A DNA stretch of 63,756 bases, filler included, from Reclinomonas americana ATCC 50394 (lineage: Eukaryota), in the NCBI GenBank assembly GCA_048213135.1. It is 11 parts of 9 records of this genome, joined end to end, with 100 filler letters (N's around TTAATTAATTAA, not from the genome) between each part and the next. Parts side by side here need not be neighbours in the genome. Positions count along the whole stretch, not along the records: positions 1 to 14,536 come from AFZH01016297.1; 10 more parts are not named here. The stretch is one strand, 5' to 3'. The position numbers and the translations under genes are program-made. Below, in pieces: positions 1-12,724 of this stretch. The notes below the pieces were generated by a model. That model ran no database searches, had not been told where the DNA came from, and saw nothing but the letters and a program-made list of their open reading frames with translations. Numbering within the stretch: position 1 is the stretch's first letter; each line of letters opens with the position of its first letter.

Positions 1-29
1 GGGAAAGGTAAGGAAAGTAAAATAATATA

Positions 30-98
<69 letters not shown>

Positions 99-513
99 AG
101 CGAGAGAGAGAGAGAAGAAAGAGGGATACATGTTTGTACTGACATTGAGATAGTGGCCACAAGGTTGAATCAGCGACAGCAACACTGACGGGTAATAGAA
201 TCGAGACACGGAGCAAAGATCCGGAGCGAAATACAGAGAAATTCGCCTCACTCTGCCTGTTCTCGTGCAGCTCATGGCCTGCCCGAGCCAGTTCATCACG
301 TACTGGAAGAACAACAACCGCCTGCACTGCAACGGGGATGACACTGAAATTGTGTTCCCGGTGTGGCATCGTTGAGCGACGCGAAGTGGCACCTCCCAAC
401 TCTTACAATATGACAAACGTCGAAGGGCGTGCCGTAGTAAAATCGAGTAACTTTGGGAACAGAGCGAGTGTGCACGGGTTCAGCTGTGTGTGACGATATC
501 ACTTGCGAAAACA

Positions 514-565
514 ACGACGTCGTCTTGCAATCTCTGTCCGCCATGAAACAGGACACGCGGAAAAA
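514..565 (+). promoter_or_regulatory. Conserved upstream element of the ANK-kinase family (ACGACGTCG...GCAATCTCTGTCC...AAACAGGACACGCGG)
   Basis: Recurs ~100-170 bp upstream of the ATG at ~5800, ~7013, ~11055-11105 (minus), ~16288 (diverged) and ~17841. Contains a GACGTC palindrome. The regulatory role is inferred from position only. Confidence 0.45.
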
Positions 566-662
566 AGGTGGAGAGTGTGCGGAGAAAACGCGCTGTGTGT
601 GGCAGAGAAAAGAGAGAGAGAGAGTTGCTCCTGTTTCTCCCTCAGTCTCGGGATCAAAGAAA

Positions 663-3385
663 ATGAGGTGCGCTGTTGAGTTGTTGTCAGGTGGCATTCT
701 CTCTCTGATTCTCAATCGCTTCTGCTTGTGGTTGCGCTGTGTGTGTGCGTGTGTGTGTGCTTCTATATGGCAGTGCTCGCCGGAGTGAGGCATGGAGGAT
801 GGGAAGGGACGACGATGTGAAGGCACTGCGCGGGTTGGTGGCGCGCAAGGGCGCACACACTCTGCTGGAGAGAAAGTCGATGGATCCGTCTGGCTGCTCG
901 GCATTTTATTGTGCCGCCTACAAAGGCCATTTTTCTGTGTTGGAGTATCTGTGGGAGGAAAGTGGCGTCGGGCCACAACTTGCATTAATCGTTAGAGATG
1001 ATGGGTTTACGCCACTGATTGCGGCCGCCTATAAGGGGAAACTGGAAGCGGTGGAGTGGTTGCTGGCCGATGAGCGTCGATGTCCTCCGGAGATGGTGCG
1101 GGCGGTCTCCAATGACCGTGCCGATCATCCACAGTCCACTGCACTGCATTATGCTGCCGTGAATGGACACGTTGACGTTGTGCGACTCCTCGCCAATCGC
1201 TTCCCCGATCTCATTCCCATGGTCAACAAGGAAGGCAAGACGGCGGCTGACTGGGCACATGAGAAGGGCAAGCAGCAAGTGGCTGAGATGCTCGATCGAC
1301 TTGAGAAGCCATTAACAGTGAGGCAGCTGTTTGCTGTACTCGATGCTGCACAGGTACCAGCTTCTCGCCAACACATTCCACAATTGCCTCCACCTGCAGG
1401 TGTGGTCTCTTTGTCTGTTGCCATGTTGTGTGGAATCATGTCATGTGTGTACTCACTCCGTGATCATACAGTGCCAGCACGCCAGGTGAGACTGAGAGTG
1501 CTTCTCTGCCTTTGTTGACCGTCCTTCTCACTTCTTGCATTCGTTCGGAATGTCCCCCCCACTTTCGTATCACCGTTGGCGTCTGTGCAGGCGGCTGGTG
1601 ATGATCCCGCCATGGCACGCCAGCTCGCCAAGAGGGATGCACTCGTCACCCAACTCCAGCGCGATCTCGCCGCAGCGCAGCAGGAGCGACAGCAGCAGCA
1701 GCGAGAGTGGGATCGTCAGCGACGAGTGTACGAAGACATGTTGGCCGAATTGCAGCATTCCGTCTCCGTGCTTCAACGAAGCAAGATCGAGGACCAGCGA
1801 AGGATTGCCCACCTCCAGACTGAACGGGATCAAATCGCCGCTCAGCTGACCACGGCTCTGCGTGACAAGGACGAACTCACCGCGCAGCTGCACGAGAGGG
1901 TCCAACTCATCTCCCAGCTGCGACAGGATCTCCTCCTCACCCAAGGTCTGGCTCTTGCCCTCTTTCTTTCTTGATCACTGTTCCGTGTCCTTCATTCTCA
2001 CCTCAAGTCTCACTTCCCATCACACCTTGCACAGTCGACACCGCCGTGCGGCGCTTCGAGTGGCCCGAGATCGTTCAAGCCACCAATTCATTCTCACCGC
2101 GCCTCAAGGTCGGCGAGGGTGGCCAGGGTGCCGTCTTCATCTCTCTGCTTCGCGAGATGCATGTGGCCATCAAGGTGCTCGACCCCGATGCGCCGTGGAC
2201 AATGGAGTCGTTTGAGAGTGAGGTCTGTATCTCTCCCTCTCCAATTTCTTCTTTTCCCTCCTCATCCTTTTTCTCATCCTCGTCACAGGTGGCAACCCTG
2301 GGACGCCTGCGTGATCGTCGCATTGTACCTCTTGTCGGCTACTCGGTTGGCGACGACAAGGCACGCTGTCTCGTGTACAAGGCGATGCAGTGCGTGACCA
2401 TCCCTCTCTCTCCTTCTCTCTTTCTCCATCATCGCCTTACTGTGAAAGCAAACAGAGTCCCCAATCTGGAGGATCTGCTGCTTATCCCACGCGCCGGTCG
2501 TGCACCACTCACGGTCGTGCAGCGTGTGCAGATTGGTCTTGGACTGGCCGAGGCTGTGGCGTTCTTGCACAAGGTCTGTGTTCGATGTGGATACCGTCCT
2601 CCATCTCCCATTCACCCTCTCCGTCACCCAATCTCTCTGTTCTGCACTCTCTTCCTCTTCTCTCGTCACTCTTTCGCTGATCTGTCTCTCCCACTTTTAC
2701 GTGCTCTCTCTGAACAGCCCTTGCTCTCTTGCCCTTTTTCTCTCCTCTCTCCTTGTCGCTCTCGTGCTATTCGTGCCTCTCCAAGTCTGTCTCGCTTTCT
2801 CTTTTTTCGCTGCTGTGTTTTGTGCTTTGTTCCTCGACTCACTCAACTCTCCTCACAGAATGAGGTTGTGCATCGCGACATCAAGCCTTCCAACGTTCTC
2901 CTCGATCACCGACTGGAGCCATGTCTCGGTGACTTTGGCATTGCGCGGTCAATTGCAGATGGCAAGGTTTAAATTTGTTTCCATTCAGTCTCCCTTCCTT
3001 CATTCTCTCACCTTCTCTCACCTCACAGACGACCACCGCCGCCGGCACGCTGGACTACATGGACCCACTGGCAATGCGCGTCCGTCGACCGCAACCCAAA
3101 CACGATGTGTACAGCGTGGGTGTGGTGCTGGTGCAGCTGGTCACTGGCAAGCCTGTGGCCACCGTCGTGGACTGGTCCGTGGAGTGGGACGACTCACCTA
3201 CCTCGTTGCGCGTAATGGAGCTGGTGGATAGTGGAGCAGAGTGGACGCCGCGCATCGCCGAACCAATGTTTGAGCTCGGCATGCGCTGCATGAGCATGCA
3301 ATCTAAGAGACCAACGGCGCAGGAGGTGCTCGATGCGATGCGTACAGTGCGCGAGGCGTGTGGACAGTTTACGATGGAACTTTGA
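663..3385 (+). CDS. Ankyrin-repeat / coiled-coil / RLK-Pelle-IRAK-type protein kinase, copy 1 (intact, 9 exons, ~623 aa)
   Basis: GT-AG exons 663-667 (ATGAG), 774-1399, 1472-1485, 1591-1945, 2035-2222, 2289-2389, 2456-2573, 2859-2966 and 3029-3385 sum to 1872 nt in frame. Ankyrin motifs (GFTPLIAAAYKG, STALHYAAVNGH), Q/L-rich heptads, then FEWPEIVQATNSFS-KVGEGGQG-VAIK-LVY-HRDIKPSNVLL-DFGIAR-GTLDYMDP-DVYSVG-KRP. Confidence 0.9.
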
Positions 3386-4002
3386 CATGAATGAAAGTGA
3401 GAATGAGTCAAGATAGCCACTAATGCACTGCCTTGCTGCAATAATTCATTTCACCAACACACTTGCAACAGCTGTCTTAATGACCAAGTCCAACCGTATC
3501 AAGCATCAACACAAACACCGGCACCAGCCTAAAGGCAGCAGTAGAATTACTTGTGTGTGTTCGCTCTCAGAGTTTCGAGGATGTTCTTGATGCGACTTGT
3601 CGTGCCGCTCGAGTGCATCCCAACGAAAGAGCGAAGGACGTTGAACGGTGTCAAGTTTTGGTCGTGAATTAAGCGTTTTCCTCGAGCGGCGCTGACTTTG
3701 CCATGATCAGTAAGTTGGTGTCATCATCACTGCTACTGTGCATGATATTCCTTGGAAGACGGTCCATGGACCGCCGTGAGCGGGGAACTCTAGAGAGAGA
3801 AAGAGATTGAGAGAACAGTCCCCATAGGAGTGATTACCAATCACGCCCACCACGCCGTTCATTAATTATCAGCACAGCAGGGTCGCAAACAAGGCCTGCA
3901 GAGGCACAGAAGGCGTCACTCCACCAAGAAGGAAGGGCATCATGCGCGGATCGCCATGCAGGTACAACTCCACCACCGCCACCACCTTTGTCACCTCGGG
4001 TG

Positions 4003-5028
4003 TCACTCCACAAGGAAGGGCAGTGGGATGATGGTCATGCGCGGATCTCCATGCAAGTACAACTCCACCACCGGCACCACCCTGGTCACCTCGGGCAGCA
4101 GCGCAATGGACGACCCCGGCACGCGCATGCCATTGACAGCCACAGACAGGGTACGAGCCCGCACGTCCACCAACAGCGTGCAAAAGTCCTCCACCGCCAG
4201 AGGCTTATCCAGGGAGAACACGTGCAGGTACACGCCAGTCTCGGGGTTGGAGCTGAATGAGGAGAGAGGAGAGGAGGAAAGGACAAAGAGTGAGTACGTG
4301 TGCCGCCACTGCTTTCTACAAGAAGCATAATCAACCAAGTAAAAGGGAACACATACAAAGACAAGTGCAGTGCACTCCGAACTGTAAACAAACACACTCA
4401 CTCACTCATGCTCTCTCACTCACTCTCTTTCTCTCTCTCTCTCTCTCGCTCACGATCAGCACCGATCGAGAGCACGTTGCACTGGCAACAAACAGCAGCC
4501 AGCGCAGCAACGGCTTACATCTGCCAGTTGACAGCACATCAACATTCATCGACCCACTCACTCTCCCACTCTGTCACTCTCTCTTTTTCTCTCTCTCTCA
4601 CACTCGCTCTCTTTCTCTGACTCACTCACTAGTGAACTTCGCGATCGCCCTCACGATCTGCAACGATCGAGAGCACGATACATCAAACAGCAGTCAGCGC
4701 AGCAACGGCTAACAACTGCCAGTTGACAGCTCCATCGACGAAGATCGTCGCATCCACAAATTCATCGACCCCGCTCACGCACTCAATCACTCACTCTCTC
4801 TGCCTTCACTCTCTTACTCTTTCTGCCTCTCCCTCTCCCTCTCTTCTCTTTCTCTGTCTCGCTTACTCTCTCTCTCTCTCTCACTCACTCACTCACTCAC
4901 TCTCTCGCACTCTCTGTTTCTCTCTCTGTCTCAATCTTTCTGCCTCCTCCTCTCTCTCTCTTCTCTCTCTCGCTACTCTCTCTCTCACTCACTCACTACT
5001 CCTCTCTCTCTCCTCCCTCCCTCCCTCC

Positions 5029-5080
<52 letters not shown>

Positions 5081-5506
5081 TTCCCTTCTCTCATTCCCTT
5101 CCCCCCCCTTCGCCTTCTCGCTCCCCCATACACTCTTTCCCTCATGCCCCTCCCTCTCCTTCTCCGCCACCCACCTATGCAGACAATAGGGCGTCTTCGG
5201 TGCCTTTTCCGGATCCACCACGCCCAGGAAAAACTCCGAATGCGCCAAGTGATCTATCTGCAGTGTCCACTCAAACAGCAGTCCCTCTTCCTGCTCTCCT
5301 CCTCCTTCTCCTCCTCCAGCGGGCGGCACCTCCAGCACGCACGCCGCACGAACGTGGTGCCAGCCGGACGACAGACCGCCCGCTCGGTCGGTCAGGCGCA
5401 CACTGGCGTTGCCATTGGTCAGCACAATGGTGGGTCCCTGGTTGTCCCACGCGGCCGAGTCGGCGTCAAAGGTGACGGCGGCTTGAATGGGTTCGACGGC
5501 GGCCAT
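4003..5506 (-). CDS. SPRY/B30.2-like domain protein, copy A
   Basis: Exons 5506-5175 and 4252-4003 join in frame; middle-exon copies look degenerate. LTNGNASV...W..VRA...FEWTLQI...FFLGVV...LLVDVRARTLSVAVNG...VPVVELY matches the SPRY beta-sandwich pattern by eye. Confidence 0.65.
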
Positions 5507-5937
5507 TACAAAGGGAGACGACTCGGAACGGAAGCAAAGGGATGGAGTGGGAACAGGACAACTTTTTCCCCTTGGTCGTTCATTGTTGCAGCTCATCGCC
5601 AGGTGCTCGGCGAGTGTTAGAAGAGTAGCATTGTCTTGCACAGGAACGGCGACAACAGGGGCGGTGACTTTCCGGCCGCGGTTCATGGTCACGGTCGACG
5701 TCGATTGAAGAGTGTGAATGTGCTGCTTGGGAACTGAGAGCATGAGTGCAACAGGTTGATCGTGTGCCATACGAGGATGCTTTCCGCGACGAGCAACAAG
5801 ACGACGTCGCCTTGGCGATACACGTCCGCTGTGAAACAGGACACGTGCTTGTGAAGAGATAAGAAGGCGCTGTGTGAGACAGAAGAGAGAGTGTGGTGTA
5901 TGTGTTGTTGCCTCTCCCAGTTGCAGAATCAAAGAAA

Positions 5938-6603
5938 ATGAGGTGCGCTGTGATGTTGTCAGGTGGCATTCTCTCTCACTCTCTCACTCAGTCACACTTC
6001 TGCTCTTGCCTGTTTGGTGGCAGCGCTCCTCGGAAGAAAGCCTGGGAGATGGCGTCTGAAGGCGATGTGAAGGCACTGCGCGAGTTGGTGGCGCGCGAGG
6101 GTGCGCACAGTCTGCTGAACAGTGAGGAGTTGGATTGCTGTGGCAACTCGGCATTCTACTATGCCTCTTTCAGGGGCCATCTCTCTGTGTTGGAGTATTT
6201 GTGGGAGGAGAGTGGTGTGGGGCCGCAACTCGCACAAATGATCAACGACTTGGGCCAGACGCCTTTGATGAGAACTGCAGCGTGCGGGCAACTGCATGTG
6301 GTGGAGTGGCTGCTGGCCGATGAGCGACGATGTCCGCCGGAGATGGTTCGTGCGGTGGTCACCGATGACAGTTCCATTTATGCACTGTGCACTTCGCTGC
6401 ATTACGCTGCCTACCACTGCCACGAAGACGTTCTGCGACTCCTCGCCACTCGCTTTCCCGACCTCATCCCCATGGTTAACAAGGAGGGCATGACGGCGGC
6501 TCAGGTGGCACGCGATGGGGGCAACGAGCAAGTGGCCGAATTGCTCGATCGCCTCGCTGCGCAGCTGCCACCACCGTCATGCCAAATAGCAGCAGGAAAG
6601 TAA
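5938..6603 (+). CDS. Ankyrin-only member of the ANK-kinase family, copy 2 (no coiled coil or kinase)
   Basis: ATGAG exon 5938-5942, then exon 6024-6603 ending in TAA just after the ankyrin domain. No downstream family exons before the next copy. Confidence 0.75.
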   Translation: MRCAVMLSGGILSHSLTQSHFCSCLFGGSAPRKKAWEMASEGDVKALRELVAREGAHSLLNSEELDCCGNSAFYYASFRGHLSVLEYLWEESGVGPQLAQMINDLGQTPLMRTAACGQLHVVEWLLADERRCPPEMVRAVVTDDSSIYALCTSLHYAAYHCHEDVLRLLATRFPDLIPMVNKEGMTAAQVARDGGNEQVAELLDRLAAQLPPPSCQIAAGK

Positions 6604-7150
6604 TCGACCTGCGTCTTCGCCAACGCGAAAACATGTGCGCGGGCAGTGGAACTGTGAGGAGAATGTAAAGGTTGTTCTTGTGCGCCTTGTTGCTGCTTCT
6701 GCGAGCGAGTGCGCGAGATCACAAGTGTGACAACGAGAACAGAGGGTGCATGAAGAAGCGGAAGAGATTGAGTTGTCCTATGGGGGTAAGATGCTGCCTT
6801 TCTGAGAGTGCTGTGCTGTTCTTCGAGGGTTCCAGTAGAGAAGATGAATGTGGAGACGAGTGTGGGTGACTTTAAACAGGTCAAGGGATTGTCGACGTGG
6901 ACGTCGACGTATGTCTGCTGCGGTGTACACAGAGGAGGCTGAGGAGCAGTGTTTCGTGGCGGAGGGGTAGGAGGAATTCCACGACTTTCTCTTGCCAGTG
7001 AGGAAGCAACCAGACGACGTCGCTTGTGCAATCTCTGTCCGCCAATGGAAAAAGGACACCGACTCGGAAAAAAAGAAGAGGCAGTGCGCGAGGCAGAGAA
7101 ACAGAGAGAGAGAGAGAGTTGTGTTTGTTCACTTCTGCCTCGGGAAGAAA

Positions 7151-7823
7151 ATGAGGTGCGCTGTGATTGATTGTTGTCAGGTGGCATTCTCTCTCGCTCA
7201 CTGCTTCTGCTTTTCCCTCTTTGGTGGCAGTGCTCCTCGGAAGAAAGCATTCAAGATGGGCGAGGAGGGTGATGTGGAGGCACTGCGCAAGTTGGTGGCA
7301 CGTGGGGGCGCACACACTCTGCTGAACAGAGAGCAGATGCATCTGGGTGGCTCGGCATTTTTCTGGGCCGCTTGCGAAGGCCATCTCTCTGTGTTGAAGT
7401 ACTTGTGGGAGGAGAGTGGTGTCGGTCCGGAACTCGCACAGTTAGTCTCCGACGATGGCGGGACGCCACTGATGATTGCTGCCAACAATGGGCATCTGCA
7501 AGTGGTGGAGTGGTTGCTTGCCGATGAGCGACGATGTCCGCCGGAGATGGTGCGGGCGGTCACCAATGAGCGCTCCACTCATCCGCAGTCCACTGCACTG
7601 CATTATGCTGCCTGGCAAGGCCACGAAGACGTTGTGCGACTCCTCGCCACTCGCTTCCCCGACCTTATTCCCCTGGTCAACGAGGAGGGCATGACGGCGG
7701 CTCAGTGGGCGCGCGACAACGAAGAGCAGGAAGTGGCCGAGTTGCTCGACCGCCTCGCTACGCAGCCAGCACCACCACGCCAACAGCAACAACAGCAGCA
7801 GTCGCGATCCCCGCCACCTGCAG
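7151..7823 (+). pseudogene. ANK-kinase copy 3, 5' part (ankyrin exon), cut in intron 2 by the inversion breakpoint at ~7868
   Basis: ATGAG 7151-7155, ankyrin exon 7231-7823. Intron 2 sequence switches to minus-strand kinase sequence at 7868-7870. Confidence 0.75.
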
Positions 7824-7867
7824 GTGTGACCTCCATAACGTCTGTTGGCATGTTGTGTTCGTGCTCA

Positions 7868-10800
7868 CGCGCGATGCCAAAGTCACCGAGACATGGCTCG
7901 TAGCGGTGATCGAGGAGAACATTTGAGGGCTTGATGTCGCGGTGTACCACCTCATTCTGTGAGGGAAATGAGTGAGGCGAGGCACAATGTGCGAAACACA
8001 ACGAGAAGGGAGGGAGAGAGAACACGAGAGACCGGGAGACTGGAACGAGGAGAAGAGAGACAAGGAGAGAAGAGGGATAATGGGCACAAACACAAAGAGA
8101 GCAAGGGCGACCAAGAGAGGGAGCCTTAGTGAGAGAATGGCGAGTGAGGAAGCAGAGAACACATAGTGTTGGCAGAGACAAAAACAACACAAGAGAGATA
8201 AAGGGGAGAAGAGGAAGCACAACATAATGAGAGTAAGGGTGACCAAGAGAGGGAGAGTGAGTGAGAGAAAGCGACGAGCGAGGAAACACAGAACACGACA
8301 GATTGAGTGAGGCAAGAACAGGAAAAGAGTGACGAGGAGAAGAGAAATAATGGGCGCAAACACAAAGAGAGCAAGGGCGAGCAAGAGAGGGAGAGTGTGT
8401 GAGAGAAAGCGACGAGCGAGGAAGTGGAGAACACGAGAGAATGAGAGGCACGAACAGGAAACAAGTGACGAGGAAAGGACAGATAATGAGTGCAAATAAA
8501 GCGAGTAAGAATGACCAAAAGGGAGAATGAGTGAGAGAGAGAGAGAGAATGGCGAATGACGAAGTGGAGAACACGACAGAGAGAGAGAGAGAGACAAGAA
8601 CATGAAATGACTGAAGAGGAGAAGAGAGATAATGAGCGCGTAGCGGCATGAAGCGAGCAAGGGTGACAAAGAGGGAGACTGAGTGACAGAGAGTATTAAT
8701 GGCGAGTGAGGAAGTGGAGAACACGACAGAGAGAGAGAGAGAGAGACAAGAACATAAAAGGGTGACATGGAGAAAAGAGCGAAAACACAGAAAGAGAGCA
8801 AGGCCGACTAAGAAAGAGAATGGAGATGAAGAAAGTCAGCCACATATCACAAACCTTGTGCAAGAACACCACAGCCTCGGCCAGCCCGAGACCAATCTGC
8901 ACACGCTGCACAACAGAGAGTGGCGCACGACCGGCGCGTGGCAGCAGCAATAGATCCTCCAGATTGGGAACTCTGTGTGCTCACTCAGTGAGAAGGTGAT
9001 GGAGAAGAAAGAAGGAGAAAGAGATGGGACACGCACTGTAGGGCCTTGTACACGAGACAGCGTGCCTTGTCGTCGCCCACCGAGTAGCCGACAAGAGGCA
9101 CAATGCGACGATCACGAAGGCGTCCGAGGGTAGCAACCTGTGACGAGGATGAGGAAGAAGAATGAGGAGAAAGAGGGAGAAGAAACAGGAGAGAGGGAGA
9201 CACGGACCTCACTCTCAAATGACTCCATTGTCCATGGTGTAGCGGGGTCGAGCACCTTGATGGCCACGTGCATCTCGCGGAGTATGGAGATGAAGACGGC
9301 ACCCTGGCCACCATCACCGACCTTGAGGCGGGGTGAGAATGAGTCGGTGGCTTGTACGATTTCGGGCCACTCGAAGCGCTGTACAGCAGTGTCGACTGTG
9401 GAGGGTGCGAGTTGAGAAGTGAGAGATGGGTGACAATGAAGGTCAGAGAACATCGAGACTGATCAAGAAACTGAGAGAACAAGAGACTGACCTTGGGCGA
9501 GGAGGAGATCCTGTCGCAGCTGGGAGATGAGTTGATTGCTTTCTTGCAGCTGCGCGGCGAGATCGTCCTTGTCACGCAGAGCCACAGTCAACTGAGCCTG
9601 CATTCGATCATGAGCTTGTTGCCATTCCGCGACAGCTTGCTGGAGCTCCGTGACGGATTGCTGAAGTTGGGCATTCCTCTGCTGCTCATCGGCAAGAGCG
9701 CGTTGCAGCTCTGCGCTGGCTTGCTGCAGTTGGACGTTCATCTGCAGCTCATTTTCCTTGCCTTGCTGCAGCTCAGCGTTTTCTTGTTGCAGCTGCAAGA
9801 CATGCAGCGCCCAATCAGCACGAGCTCGCTGCCACTCCGTGTTGGCTTGCTGCAGCTCTATGACAGTTCGCTGTAGCTGGGCATTCTTCTGCTCCTCCTC
9901 GGCTCTCCCCTGTTCGAGCTCAGCGTTGGCTTGCCGTAGTTGGGCCACAACGTTTTCGAAATCTTGTCTCTGTCGATCCCACTCTCGCTGCTGCTCCACT
10001 CGCTCCTGCTGCGCTGCGGCAAAATCGCGCTGGAGTTGAGCGTTGAGTGCGTCCTTGTCGGCGAGCTGGCGTGCGACGGTGGGATCATCAACAGCCGACT
10101 GCATTAACGAGAGTGCGAGGGAGATACGGAACGGATGTGAGAAGCGAGTTTCGTGAGCAAAAGAAGCAGAGAGTGGCACTCTCCATCTCACCTGGCGTGC
10201 TGGCACTGCATATTCGCCAGGAACGACACACACAAAGACAACCACAGATGAGCACCAACACAACATGCCAACAGACATGAAACAGGTCAATACCTGCAGG
10301 AGGCGGGGATCGCGGCTGCTGTTGTTGGCGAGGAGGTGCTGGCTGCACAGCGAGGCGGTCGAGTAAATCGGCCACTTTCTGCCTGCCTTCGTCGCGCGAA
10401 CACTGAGCAGCCGTCTCGCCCTTCTTGTTGACCATGGGAATGAGATCGGGGAAACGAGTGGCGAGGAGTCGCACAACGTCTAAGTGGCCCCAACGGGCAG
10501 TCAAGTGCAATGCAGTGGACTGTGGATGCCGAGAACGATCACTGGTGACCGCCCGCACCATCTCCGGCGGACATCGTCGCTCATCGGCAAGCAACCACTC
10601 CACCACTTGCAGATGCCCATTGTTGGCAGCTGTCATCAGCGGCGTCCTGCCATCGTAGGTGACCGTTTGTGCGAGTTGAGGCCCGACACCACTCTCCTCC
10701 CACAGATACTCCAACACAGGGAGATGGCCTTGTGAAGCGGCATAGGAAAATGACGAGCTGCCGAAAGCATCCATCTCCTCTGTCCTCAACAGTGTCTGTG

Positions 10801-10950
10801 CGCCCTCACGCGCCACCAACCCGCGCAGTGCCTTCACTTTCCCATCCCTTCCCATCTCCCATGCTTTCTGCCAACGAGCACTGCCAGAGACAAACAGCAG
10901 AAGAGTGAGTGTGAGAGAATGCCACCTGACAACATCACAGTTCACCTCAT
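7868..10950 (-). pseudogene. ANK-coiled coil-kinase copy 4, truncated after DFGIAR; its missing 3' end lies on the + strand at 15495-15928
   Basis: ATG at 10950, ankyrin exon, micro-exon VPARQ, coiled-coil exon 10098-9492, kinase exons ending GGC ATC GCG CG at 7868. Confidence 0.8.
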
Positions 10951-11386
10951 TTTCTTTGATTCTGCAACTGGGAGAGGCAACACACACACACACTCGCTTC
11001 TGTCTCTCTTCTGTCTCACACAGCGCCTTCTCTTCGCACACCACTTTTGTTTTTCCGCGTGTCCTGTTTCATCGACGGACAGTGATTGCGGGCGACGTCG
11101 TCTTGTTGCTGGTCGTGGAATGCATCCTCGTATGGCACACAAACAGCCTGATGCACTCATGTTCTCAGTTCCCATGCAGCACATTCACAGATTCATCATG
11201 ATCAATCGACGTCGACGGTGATCATGAACCGGAAAGACACCGCCCCTGTTGTCGCCGTTGCAGTGCAAGACAATGCTACTCTTCCAACACTCGTCGGGCA
11301 CCTGGCGATTCGCTGCAACAATGAACGAGACCAAGCGGAAGAATGTTGTCCTGTTCCCTCTCCATCCCTGTCCGTCTCTCCTTGCT

Positions 11387-11765
11387 ATGGCCGCCATCGA
11401 ACCCATTCAAGCCGCCGCCACGTTTGACGCCGACTCTGCCGCGTGGGACAACCAGGGACCCACCATTGTGTTGACCAATGGCAACGCCAGTGTGCGCCTG
11501 ACCGACCGAGCGGGCGGTCTGTCGTCCGGCTGGCACCACGTTCGTGCGGCGTGCGTGCTGGAGGTGCCGCCCGCTGGAGGAGAAGGAGGAGGAGAGCAGG
11601 AAGAGGGACTGCTGTTTGAGTGGACACTGCAGATAGATCACTTGGCGCATTCCGAGTTTTTCCTGGGCGTGGTGGATCCGGAAAAGGCACCAAAGACGCC
11701 CTATTGTCTGCATAGGTGGGTGGAGGAGAAGGAGAGGGAGGGGCATGAGGGAAAGAGTGAATGAG

Positions 11766-11798
<33 letters not shown>

Positions 11799-12724
11799 TA
11801 AGCGAGACAGAGAAAGAGAAGAGAGCGAGAGGGAGAGGCAGAAAGAGAGAGCGTGAGTGAGTAGATGAGTGATTGAGTGGGGAAGCGAGCGAGTGAGTGA
11901 GTGGGTCGATGAATGTGTAAATGTGCGACGATCTTCGTCGAAGGAGCTGTCAACTGGCAGGTGTAAGCCGTTGCTGTTGTTTGCTGTATCGTGCTCTCGA
12001 TCGTTGCTGATCGTGAGGGCGATCGCGAAGTTCACTAGTGAGTGAGTGAGTGGGGGAGCAAGGGCGACCAAGAGAGGGAGAGAGAGAAAGAGAGAGCGAG
12101 AGAGAGCGAGAGTGAGAGAGTGAGAGATTGGGAGAGTGAGTGGGTCGATGAATGTGTTGATGTGCTGTCAACTGGCAGATGTAAGCCGTTGCTGCGCTGA
12201 CTGCTGTTTGCTGCCAGTGAATCGTGCTCTCGATGGTTGCTGATCGTGAGGGGTGATTGCGAAGTTCACTTGTGAGTGAGTGAGTGAGTGCGTGCGAGAG
12301 AGAGAGAGAGAGAGAGAGAGCATGAGTGTATGAGTGTGTTTGTTAACAGTTCGGAGTGCACTGCACTTGTCTTTGTATGTGTTCCCTTATACTTGATTGA
12401 TTATGCTTCTTGTAGAAAGCAGTGACTCACTCCTTGTCCTCTCCTCTCCTCTCCTCTCCTCTCTTCTTTTTCAGCTCCAACCCCGAGACTGGCGTGTACC
12501 TTCACGTGTTCACCCTGGATAAGCCTCTGGCGGTGGAGGACTTTTGCACGCTGTTGGTGGACGTGCGGGCTCGTACCTTGTCTGTGGCTGTCAACGGCAT
12601 GCGGGTGCCGGGGTCGTCCATTGCGCTCCTGCCCGAGGTGACCAGGGTGGTGCCGGTGGTGGAGTTGTACTTGCATGGAGATCCGCGCATGACCATCATC
12701 CCACTGCCCTTCCTCGTGGAGTGA
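11387..12724 (+). CDS. SPRY/B30.2-like domain protein, copy B (~210 aa)
   Basis: Exons 11387-11715, 12218-12271 and 12475-12724 give 633 nt in frame (...YCLHSESCSRWLLIVRGDCEVHFSNPETGVYLH...). Near-identical to copy A. Confidence 0.7.
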
